64,000 nucleotides of DNA. Source: Macrostomum lignano. Taxonomy: Eukaryota. A program made the translations under genes and the position numbers. The notes under the pieces are model-generated. The model searched no databases and was not told the origin of the DNA. It saw nothing but the letters and a program-made list of their open reading frames with translations. The stretch is taken from the NCBI GenBank assembly GCA_002269645.1, contig NIVC01000013.1:434001-498000 (forward strand). Reading direction: 5' to 3'. Position 1 is the first letter of the stretch. Every line of letters starts with the position of its first letter. Below are positions 1 through 11,700 of the stretch, piece after piece.

Positions 1-2758
1 GCGGCTGGCGCAGTCGGTAGGTGGCGAATTGGCGCCAGAGGGCAAATCGGGTCACGGGGTTGTCCGGCCCGTCCGGCACGTTCAGGCGGTCCAGACGGCG
101 CAAGGACACCAGCGAGGCCAGCTGGTGAAAGTGTCGAATGTCGGCCGCCTCGAGCGTCAGGGACTGCAGGGCTGCAGTGGGGGGGGAATAGGGAATTAAG
201 ATGTTTTATAGGTTTGAGTGGGGTCCTAGCCACCAGCTAGGTTGAAAATTGGGTTTCAGATGGGGATTTCCTCATGGAACTTAATGGGGATTTCCTCAGG
301 AAACTGAATGGGGATTTCCTCATGGAACTTAATGGGGATTTCCTCAGGAAACTGAATGGGGATTTCCTCATGGAACTTAATGGGGATTTCCTCAGGAAAC
401 TGAATGGGGATTTCTTCAGGGAACTGAATGGGGATTTCCTCAGGAAACTGAATGGGGATTTCCTCAGGGAACTGAATAGGGATTTCCTCAGGAAACTGAA
501 TGGGGATTTCCTCAGGAAACTGAATGGGGATTTCCTCAGGGAACTGAATGGGGATTTCCTCAGGGAACTGAATAGGGATTTCCTCAGGAAACTGAATGGG
601 GATTTCCTCAGGAAACTGAATGGGGATTTCCTCAGGGAACTGAATGGGGATTTCCTCAGGGAACTGAAAGGGGATTTCCTCAGGGAACTGAATGGGGATT
701 TCCTCAGAGAACTGAATGGGGATTTCCTCAGGTATTCACAGCAGCAGTTGCGCACCTGGGCAGCGAGCCCTGAGCCGGTGCAGGTGCTTAGCGGCCAGGT
801 CCAGTTCCACGTAGCGCATGTTAGCGGCGGCCACCGCCGCAGGCGCGGCCAGACCCCAGGACTTCACGGCCGAGTGCTGCGGATCAATGAGCGCGTCCAG
901 ACTGCCGTTGCCATAGAGATTGAGAGTGTCGCCGTCAAGCTCGGCGTAGTTGCTGGCGTCCGTGGGCACCGCGGTTCGCTCGCCGAGGATTGGACGAGCC
1001 TTGCCGATGTTGCTGCCTGAAGCTGCTTGAGCCTGCTGCTGCTGCTGCTGCTGCTGCTTCTGAGTGGTGACATCATCAGCTTGGTCGACATTGGCGGCCG
1101 ACGAAGAGGCTCCCGTTTGACGTCCAGTCGATGCGGCGCTCGAAGGTCTCGACGAAGCGGCCGACGCGCTTAATAACTGAGTGGACTGTGACTGGGACAG
1201 CGACTGCTGCTGGGCTCGGGAGGACCGGCCGCCGGCTGAAGGTATTCGACGAGCGCTGCCGACTCGCGATTGACGACCGGAGTTGCCGCCGGTGCTGGAC
1301 GCGGCGGCCTCTTTGCGAACGAGGGCGGCCACCAGACGGCGCTCTTCTTCGGAGACGCGGCGAAGGTCCAGCTGGCGAAGTAGCGGCATTCCGCTGATAA
1401 CCTGTGGTAGGGGGGGGGGGCAGATGTAGTCAGGCAAAATTTATGGCCCGCTAGCCCCCAACACCCCACATCCCAGCTATTCTATGGCCCGCTAGCCCCC
1501 AACACCCCACATCCCAGCGATATTCTATGGCCCGCTAGCCCCCAACACCCCACATCCCAGCGATATTCTATGGCCCGCTAGCCCCCAACACCCCACATCC
1601 CAGGGATATTCTATGGCCCGCTAGCCCCCAACACCCCACATCCCAGCGATATTCTATATGGCCCGCTAGCCCCCAAACACCCCACAGCCCAGCGATATTC
1701 TATGGCCCACTAGCCCCAAACACCCCACATCCCAGCGATATTCTATATGGCCCGCTAGCCCCCAACACCCCACAGCCCAGCGATATTCTATATGGCCCGC
1801 TAGCCCCCAACACCCCACATCCCAGCGATATTCTATATGGCCCGCTAGCCCCCAACACCCCACAGCCCAGCGATATTCTATGGCCCACTAGCCCCCAACA
1901 CCCCACACCCCCACGATATTTATGACCCGCTAGACCCCAATTCGCCATTACCCATGATATCATATAACTAATAGATATCAAGCAAAGACTCGACTCGCTC
2001 ACCTGATTCCGATAATTGGCCTGCTTCGACAGCGGCGTCCCGTCCATGGTGAGCTCGGCTAGCGAGGGCGATTCACCCAAGCAGGCAACGTTTGTCCACG
2101 ACTGGATGCCGTTGAAGCTCAGAAACAGTCGCTGCAAACTCGGCAGAGAGCCGATGTCGTGCACCGTGTGAATCTGATTGCGGCGAAGGTTCAACTCGGT
2201 CAGAGCTGCCATGCCGCGCAGATTGCGGACCACCTGTCAATCAGCCATCGATAGAGAATACACCACAATGGCCTCAAAATGGGGGATTTCGATCCTATCA
2301 AGCCCTTACCTGGATACAATTACTAGCTAAATTGAGCACCCTCAGCTCGCTCAAATGATTGACATTCTCCAATTCCACAATATCGTTTCCGTGCAAGTCC
2401 AGCACGTCGAGTTTAGTCAGCGACTCGAGGCCTCGGATTCGGCTTATCCGATTCTTGCCGAGCATCAGCACCCGGAGCGAGCGCAGGCTGTCGAGGCCGC
2501 TGATTTCGTCGATTTGGTTGTCGTACAAGTCGAGAAAGATGAGCTTGCGAAATGCGGCCAGGTGCTGAATTCTCTGAATGCTGTTGTGCTGATAGTTCAG
2601 CAGGCGAAGGTTCTCCTCGCCTTCGAGCAGCGGGCAGGAGGTCAGGCCGCGCCTGTGTGGAAATAAATAGTAAAATATACTGACTAACTGACTGACTGAC
2701 TGACTAACTAACTAAGTAACTGACTAACTAACTAACTAACTGACTAACTAACTAACTG

Positions 2759-2809
<51 letters not shown>

Positions 2810-2814
2810 GACTG

Positions 2815-2870
<56 letters not shown>

Positions 2871-2982
2871 GCTAACTAACTAACTAACTAACTAGCTAAC
2901 TGACTAACTAACTAACTAGTTAACTAACTAAGTAGCTAACTGACTAACTAACTAACTAGCTAACTAACTAACTAGCTAACTG

Positions 2983-3025
<43 letters not shown>

Positions 3026-3150
3026 GACTGACTGACTGACTAACTAACTAACTAACTAGCTAACTAACTAACTAGCTAACTGACTAACTAACTAACTAGC
3101 TAACTAACTAACTAGCTAACTAACTAACTAGCTAACTGACTAACTAACTG

Positions 3151-3185
<35 letters not shown>

Positions 3186-3774
3186 GACTGACAAACAAAA
3201 AAACAAAAAACAAACAAAAAACCAAACAAACAAACAAACAAACAAACAAACAATCTAACTCACTAACTAGCCAACAAACTTAAAAAACATATGATACTAA
3301 TAATACTAGTATTAGTAATTAGTAGTACCTGTCCAGTGATAGCCGGTCTGGGTTTGCCGCCCTCTCCTCCGGGCTGCGGTAGATCACTCGCTCGCCAGCG
3401 GAGCCTTCGGCTGAGGCGGCCGCAGCTGCGGCGCCGTTTCGGGCAGTCTGATTGGACAGCGGCCGAGAGGAGACGCCGCGTATTGGCGCCCGGCTTTGCT
3501 GGTAGTGCGGCTGCTGCTGTTGCTGCTGCAAGTCGCCAGTGAAGGAGCGGCTGCGGTCCTGACGGGCCACGAAATCGGCCGGCGAAATCATGGCGGCCGC
3601 CTGCTGCTGTCGAGTCGCTGTTCCGCCGAAACGTTGCGGCGCCGAGGACGTCGCGCCGACTCCAGCCGCGCCCAGACTGGCGCCAAGACTGGCGCTTGGC
3701 AGCAGAGTGAAATGCGGCGGAGGGTGGAATTGGCCTTCGCGGATGCTCAACGATTTTCGCCCGCGGTTGTTCAT
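1..3774 (-). CDS. LRRC49: Leucine-rich repeat protein 49 (tubulin polyglutamylase complex subunit); exons 3329-3774, 2310-2652, 2003-2233, 756-1401, <1-171; 3' end beyond the window
   Basis: The spliced translation has NPDRLSLDR|RGLTSCPLLEGEENLRLLNYQHN...LIFLDLYDNQIDEISGL..LRVLMLGKNRI, then LRQLDLRRVSEEERR and NPVTRFALWRQFATYRL. These match vertebrate LRRC49 segments as recalled. All four introns are GT-AG with consistent phases (2,0,0,1). Confidence 0.92.
255..732. repeat. 24-bp minisatellite (GGAAACTGAATGGGGATTTCCTCA), about 20 copies, in LRRC49 intron 172-755
   Basis: Tandem unit read directly; it produces the periodic ORFs 237-755 and 274-1020. Confidence 0.95.
1441..1935. repeat. 43/45-bp minisatellite (TATGGCCCGCTAGCCCCCAACACCCCACATCCCAGCGATATTC), about 11 copies, in LRRC49 intron 1402-2002
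   Basis: Tandem unit read directly. Confidence 0.95.
2680..3270. repeat. (ACTA)n microsatellite with TGAC/TAGC variants, followed by (ACAA)n, in LRRC49 intron 2653-3328
   Basis: Direct reading. Confidence 0.95.
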
Positions 3775-5944
3775 CGTCTGCTAGCGGAGACGGGCGCTGG
3801 AACTTACAATTATTAGAGTAGCTTGCAATGTAACCTTTTTGTTAAAATCTCAGAGTAACTTGGAGTGTTAAGTTATTAGATTTTGCAATAAATCATATAG
3901 TAAATAATTTGGTTTTATATAATAATTTTGTTACTTTTAGTGGCTTAGAATATATAAAACAATTACTTCTTCTACTTGTCTAGGATAGCCATATGATATT
4001 TTTAACACACTGGAAGGACATCTAGTCACAGATTTGCATGCTAAGGACTTTGGCATTTTTTGAACAGAAAATTATCTATTTATAAGATGGTATCCCTCAC
4101 TGTTAATGTTATATAATGTCAAATTATATTTGAAGTAAAACTGAAAGATTTGACCTTTTAACTCGACACAAATGATTTTTGTCTAAAGTATGAGTTATTT
4201 TACAGAAGTTAAAATCTCCCTATTGAAACTAATATTCAAATTGAGTGACTTTAAACTGAGACAATTTTCATTATAAATATTATTATATATCATAATTATG
4301 ATTATCATTAAATATCGTTATGCCATCATTATATATAAATATATCTTTATAAAAGACTATTAAATTTGTCAACGTTTGAAAAAAGCCTGCAGGCTAAAGA
4401 AAACAAACAGTCCTACTGCTTTATAAATTTGGAAGCTGTAGTTTTTTATTCGCTGATAGCATAGAAAAACAACTAATGGAAAGTCTTCCTTAATAATTAA
4501 GAGGCTAAATAAAAAGATAAATCATTATTCTAACACGAAAAAAAGAATTAATTAAGTGTTTCATTTTTTCGAATCAAATATTTTAAATCGAATTTCAAAT
4601 ATTGATATCATGGGTTATAGCTGATAATTTAATTAATTAGAACTCAATAGATTTAAAGAAAGATTTTTAGTTGAACAGACGTTAAATATGTCTTTGAATG
4701 ATTGGTTACTTCTTAACTTCTCTACCTGCATTCTGTAAATCAAATTTATTCAATCCAGAAATGTACATTTTTAACATTGATGAAGATTGCCTCGTGCAAA
4801 AATGAAGAAAGAGGCCCCTGTTGAAAGTGTGATGTAAAGCAGAAAATTTAATATTTATTTTAAGTTTTACCATAAAATAAGAAATAAAACATTTTTACAC
4901 GTTTTCATCTAAACGAAATATTTTATAGTGTAATAAGCAAAATTCTACGTAAAACACTTTGTTTTAACTTTAGTAATTTACGGCTTTAAAAGTCGGATAC
5001 AAACCAGGATTCTAAATTCTAAGGATTTTTCGCTCTATTAATCACTAGAGTCTATTTTAGTATATGGATATAATCAGTGTAGAGTCTAGTAGATCTATAC
5101 AGTAGAGCAATTTGTATAGAACCTGTCACTAGAAAATGAAATGATTATCTCAATATACTAAAATTAGACTATATATACGGATGATCTCATACGAAGTCAA
5201 CTGCCCTGATTGGAATTTGATTTTAAGTACGTTTATTTTTAAATCCAAGATGCTTGAAGTTCAATAAACGACTTTTTGGCCATTGCATGCGTTCATACGA
5301 ATTTGAAGTGGTGTGCAGTTTTTATTAAACTCTTTGATATTAGGAATATGGGTTACTACTAAGTGCTGGTAATTTTTCATTGCTTGAATGTTTTAGAAAA
5401 GTGTGTGAAATCGACTAAAATTAATTTGACAAATTAACTTGAGCAATGGTATTTCTTACAGATTGATTAGTCAACAAAACAATACGCGCATTTATTTACA
5501 ATTTGTTTTAATTGCGTAACAAAAACATGATTGTATATACGAATAAACACATCAGAGATGTGCATTTATCTGTGATAAATCTATCTATATAAGAATATTG
5601 AGGATATGGCAAAACAAAAAACAAGAGACACCACAATTTTGCTTTAATGAGCGTACATTTTAGTGTGAGCAGATCAAGAATATACTCATAATATATTCAT
5701 TAGCACTAGGCTACTTACCATCATATATGTCATATATGGATATGTATGTTGAGCTCTTAGACATCCATGTCATATTGAATAGGACAGCAATAAATGACAC
5801 ACAGCGTTACTACCCAGTTTAATTAATCGGCGCTAACCAGGAGCAACCAAGAAGCGAATAGAGCAACAAACCATGCGCAAGCGTGTGGAGCTAGCGTGCA
5901 AAGCGAGGCCGGCGCAAAAAGTAAAGTAGAAAAGTAGAAATCAA

Positions 5945-6600
5945 ATAGACAAGAGATAGAACAGAGATATATGCCAAATAGATAAATGATATAACAGAGG
6001 GATAGACCAGATAGATACGAGATAGACCAGATAGATACGAGATAGAACAGAGAGATAGACCAGATAGATAGGAGATAGAACAGAAAGATAGACCAGATAG
6101 ATAGGAGATAGAACAGAGAGATAGACCAGATAGATAGGAGATAGAACAGAGAGATAGACCAGATAGATACGAGATAGAACAGAAAGATAGACCAGATAGA
6201 TAGGAGATAGAACAGAGAGATAGACCAGATAGATACGAGATAGAACAGAGAGATAGACCAGATAGATACAAGATAGAACAGAGAGATAGACCAGATAGAT
6301 ACAAGATAGAACAGAGAGATAGACCAGATAGATACGAGATAGAACAGAGAGATAGACCAGATAGATACGAGATAGAACAGAGAGATAGACCAGATAGATA
6401 CGAGATAGAACAGAGAGATAGACCAGATAGATACGAGATAGAACAGAGAAATAGCCAGATAGATAGGAGATAGAACAGAGAGATAGACCAGATAGATACG
6501 AGATAGAACAGAGAAATAGCCAGATAGATAGGAGATAGAACAAAGAGATAGACCAGAGAGAAAATAGATAAACCAAAGGGATAGGAGATAGAACGGAGAG
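5945..6600. repeat. 33-bp minisatellite (GATAGACCAGATAGATACGAGATAGAACAGAGA), roughly 17-19 copies
   Basis: Direct reading; explains the 11-aa periodic ORFs at 5823-6882. Confidence 0.93.
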
Positions 6601-7071
6601 ATAGACCAAAAAGGAACAGACAAAAACAGACAGATCTGAGAGAGAAATACAACAGATATAAAGAATAGACAACAGAGATAGAGAAGAAAACAAACGCGGA
6701 TAATTGACCAATAGAGCCAAATAACATTTCATAGGGTGGGGCAAAATACAGACTAGCAAAAAAGGGATAACCAGCGAAATAACAAATATGTATAAGATAC
6801 AACAACAGGAAAACAAAATAAATATAACGAGAGGTGGCTCGCAGCGCAACAAAAAACGTAATAAAATTATTATAAAGCACAAAAATCTAATTAGCTAATT
6901 AAAAATCAAAAAGTTTTTAAATCTAGAATTCTATATCGTCATATCCGTATTGGGTAATGATAATTACAAATGATGAGCATCTCAATAATTAAAGTGACGA
7001 TAAACAGAGATATATTCTATAATCTGAATAACCCACACTTTGCGGCGAATTGCACTCGCTAATCGATTTTG

Positions 7072-7560
7072 TATCAATTAAGGGCGATTTTTTTATCAAT
7101 TAAGGGCGATTATTTTATCCACTAAGGGCCATTTTTTATCAACTAAGGGCGACTTTTTATCAACTAAGGGCAATTTCTATCAATTAAGGGCGATTTTTTT
7201 ATCAATCAAGGGCGATTTTTATCAACTAAGGGCGATTTTTTATCAATTAAGGCCGATTTTTTGATAGGGCGATTTTTTATCAATCAAGGGCGATTTTTTA
7301 TCAACTAAGGGCGATTTTTTATCAATTAAGGGCGATATTTTTATCAATTAAGGGCGATATTTTTATCAATTAAGGGCGATTTTTTATCAATTAAGGGCGA
7401 TTTTTTTATCAATTAGGGTGATTTTTTATCAATTAGGGCGATTATTAGCAACTAAAGGTGAATTTTATCAATTAAGGGCGATTTTGAGCAAATAAGGGTG
7501 ATTTTTAGCAACTTAATGGTGATTTTTATCAATTAATGGCGATTCTTTAGCAACTAAAGC
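7072..7560. repeat. 21-22-bp minisatellite (TATCAATTAAGGGCGATTTTT), about 22 copies, starting about 40 nt past the PI3K stop codon
   Basis: Direct reading. Confidence 0.93.
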
Positions 7561-7600
7561 CGCTTTTATCAAAAGTGAAAAGTTGAAAAGTTACTGTCAA

Positions 7601-8098
7601 TCACTCTGTATTTACAACCCAGTGACCAACCCAGTCGATTTTTGTGGTCCAAGCATTCTGCAACGCCTCAGTGAGCTGTTTATTGAAGTAGATCAGTGCG
7701 TCCGACTCCCTGCGGTCCAGCGCCAGAGTGGACCTCAGATACTCCAAATCTTGAGGCGACTGCAGCTCCGGGATGCCCGAGTGCAGCATCAGGGTGAACA
7801 GGGTGAGAAACAGGGCCGCGTTCTGGCGCAGCGCCTGGTAGGCTCGGCTGCACAGAGTGGCGAACTGTGTGAACTCGCGCCGGGAAGTCAGCTCGCGCCA
7901 CGTCATGGAGCCGTCCTTGTCCCGGCAGATGATGCGGACGAAGTCCTGCGCGGGATGACGGGGTGCTGATGGGATCGCCGCCTATGTCTGTCTGTCTGTC
8001 TGTCTTCTGTGTTTGTGTCTGTCTGTCTGCCTGTCTGTCTTCTGTGTTTGTGTTTGTCTGTCTGTCTGTCTGTCTGCCTGCCTGCCTGTCTGTTTGCC

Positions 8099-8143
<45 letters not shown>

Positions 8144-8383
8144 TCTGTGTTTGTGTCTGTCTGTCTGTCTGTCTGTCTGCCTGCCTGTCTGTCTGTCTTC
8201 TGTGTTTGTGTTTGTCTGTCTGTCTGTCTGTCTGCCTGTCTGTCTGTCTGTCTGCCTGCCTGTCTGTCTGTCTGCCTGTCTGTCTGTCTGTCTGTCTGTC
8301 TTCTGTGTTTGTGTCTGTCTGTCTGTCTGTCTGCCTGTCTGTCTGTCTGTCTGTCTGCCTGCCTGTCTGTCTGTCTGCCTGCC

Positions 8384-8420
<37 letters not shown>

Positions 8421-8660
8421 TCTGTGTTTGTGTCTGTCTGTCTGTCTGTCTGTCTGCCTGTCTGTCTTCTGTGTTTGTGTCTGTCTGTCTGTCTGTCTGC
8501 CTGTCTGTCTGTCTGTCTGCCTGCCTGTCTGTCTGTCTGTCTGCCTGTCTGTCTGTCTGTCTGCCTGCCTGTCTGTCTGCCTGCCTGTCTTCTGTGTTTG
8601 TGTCTGTCTGTCTGTCTGCCTGTCTGTCTGTCTGTCTGCCTGCCTGTCTGTCTGTCTGCC

Positions 8661-8720
<60 letters not shown>

Positions 8721-11700
8721 GTCTGTCTATCTGTCTGTCTGTCTGTCGTCTGTCTATCTGTCTGTCTGTCTGTCGTCTGTCTATCTGTCTATCCATCAAT
8801 TTATCTTAGTCTCAATCACACCCGTCTCAATCAAGGCCTCACCTGCGGCAGTACAAACGGCACCCTCTCCCTCGCAATGCCGAATTTCTTCTTCTTATTA
8901 TTGAGAAAGTGGCCGAAGTCGATGTGCAGCAGCTGTCCGGTGCGGCACAGCATGATATTGTCCGGATGCCGATCTCTAATCCCAAGCACAAAGGTGGCCA
9001 CGCAGTAGCCCGCGCACGACTTGGTAAACGTGTCAACAACTGTCTCGTGCGTGCTGGAGTCCGCATTCTGTTCTAGCAGCCATTTGTACAGCTGCGAGCT
9101 GTCCATCTGCATGGCGGCCACACGGGTTCGCTCCTTCTGTATGCCCATCACCGTGTAGGCGTCTCGGACCACCTGCGGCGCCGGGGGGGGGATGGTGGCG
9201 CCAATTGTACTATTGTACTTATTGATGATTAGAATTTAGGAACAGCGGCCGCAATATCTTTCTATCTAGATAACAGACAATGACACAGATAAATTATCCC
9301 AGTTAAGAAATATCAAATTATCTCTTTCGAGAAATCATAAAATTATCCCATTCGAGAAATCCCAAAATTATCCCATTCAAGAAATCCCAAAATTATCCCA
9401 TTCGAGAAATCCTAAAATTATCCCATTCGAGAAATCACAAAATTATCCCATTCGAGAAATCCCAAAATTATCCCATTCGAGAAATCCCAAAATTATCCCA
9501 TTCGAGAAATCCTAAAATTGTCCCATTCGAGAAATCCTAAAATTATCCCATTCGAGAAATCCTAAAATTATCCCATTCGAGAAATCCTAAAATTATCCCA
9601 TTCGAGAAATCCTAAAATTAATCCATTCGAGAAATCCTGAAATTATCCCATTCGAGAAATCCTAAAATTATTCCATTCGAGAAATCCTGAAATTATCCCA
9701 TTCGAGAAATCTCAAAATTATCCCATTGGAGAAATCCTAAAATTGTCCCATTCGAGAAATCCTAAAATTATCCCATTCGAGAAATCCTAAAATTATCCCA
9801 TTCGAGAAATCCTAAAATTATCCCATTCGAGAAATCTCAAAATTATCCCATTCGAGAAATCCTGAAATTATTCCATTCGAGAAATCCTGAAATTATCCCA
9901 TTCGAGAAATCCTAAAATTATTCCATTCGAGAAATCCTGAAATTATCCCATTCGAGAAATCTCAAAATTATCCCATTGGAGAAATCCTAAAATTGTCCCA
10001 TTCGAGAAATCCTAAAATTATCCCATTCGAGAAATCCAAAAATTATCCCATTCGAGAAATCCTAAAATTATCCCATTCGAGAAATCTCAAAATTATCCCA
10101 TTCGAGAAATCCTGAAATTATTCCATTCGAGAAATCCTGAAATTATCCCATTCGAGAAATCCTAAAATTATTCCATTCGAGAAATCCTGAAATTATCCCA
10201 TTCGAGAAATCTCAAAATTATCCCATTGGAGAAATCCTAAAATTGTCCCATTCGAGAAATCCTAAAATTATCCCATTCGAGAAATCCAAAAATTATCCCA
10301 TTCGAGAAATCCTAAAATTATCCCATTCGAGAAATCTCAAAATCATCCCATTCAAAAAATCCAAAAATTATCCCCTACGAGAAATCCTAAAATCATCTCA
10401 GTTGAGAAATCTTTCAAGCACGCTAATATTCATACAATTTGTCTCACCTCAATTAGTCCCATATGCCTGCCTGTGGCCAAGCAGTTATATGGCGACATTC
10501 TCAGACTGAAGCCCAGCTCCTGCCTCCAGACGTCCTCCATCAGGGCGATGAGCTGCAGCGTGAGCATGTCCTGCCTAAGATCGTCGCCGTATTTGAAGAT
10601 CAACTTGTAGTCGGTGAGGTGCTGAGACGCCATGGGGTCCGGGTTGACCCACTCCAGCCACAGTGGCCGCTTCTTGGACTTCTTGATCTTGCAGCGTTCA
10701 GGCTGGGGGAGTTCGGGTGCAGATGAACTTAGGGTTTGTAGGGAATCTGGGAGGCTGGCCCAGCAACTGACACTCTGGGAGGCTGGCCCAGCAACTGACA
10801 CTCTGGGAGGCTGGCCCAGCAACTGACACTCTGGGAGGCTGGCCCAGCAACTGACACTCTGGGAGGATGGCCCAGCAACTGAGGATCTGGGAGGCTAGCC
10901 CAGCAACTGACACTCTGGGAGGCTGGCCCAGCAACTGACACTCTGGGAGGATGGCCCAGCAACTGACACTCTGGGAGGCTGGCCCAGCAACTGACACTCT
11001 GGGAGGCTGGGCCAGCAACTGACACTCTGGGAGGATGGCCCAGCAACTGACACTCTGGGAGGCTGGCCCAGCAACTGACACTCTGGGAGGATGGCCCAGC
11101 AACTGACACTCTGGAAGGCTGGCCCAGCAACTGACACTCTGGGAGGATGGCCCAGCAACTGACACTCTGGGAGGATGGCCCAGCAACTGACACTCTGGGA
11201 GGATGGCCCAGCAACTGACACTCTGGGAGGCTGGCCCAGCAACTGACACTCTGGGAGGCTGGCCCAGCAACTGAGGATCTGGGAGGCTGGACCAGCAACT
11301 GAGAATCTGGGAGGCTGGCCCAGCAACTGACACTCTGGGAGAATGGCCCAGCAACTGAGGATCTGGGAGGCTGGCCCAGCAACTGACACTCTGGGAGGCT
11401 GGCCCAGCAACTGACACTCTGGGAGGCTGGCCCAGCAACTGACACTCTGGAAGGCTGGCCCAGCAACTGACACTCTGGGAGGATGGCCCAGCAACTGAGG
11501 ATCTGGGAGGCTGGACCAGCAACTGAGAATCTGGGAGGCTGGCCCAGCAACTGACACTCTGGGAGGATGGCCCAGCAACTGAGGATCTGGGAGGCTGGCC
11601 CAGCAACTGACACTCTGGGAGGCTGGCCCAGCAACTGACACTCTGGGAGGCTGGCCCAGCAACTGACACTCTGGGAGGCTGGCCCAGCAACTGACACTCT

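Noticed and set aside
5825-5895. Possible alternative last PI3K exon (LHTLAHG...) on the minus strand
   Set aside because: The unspliced terminal exon already provides the conserved W-x-x-H motif and a stop, and the required donor (GTTGGT) is weak.
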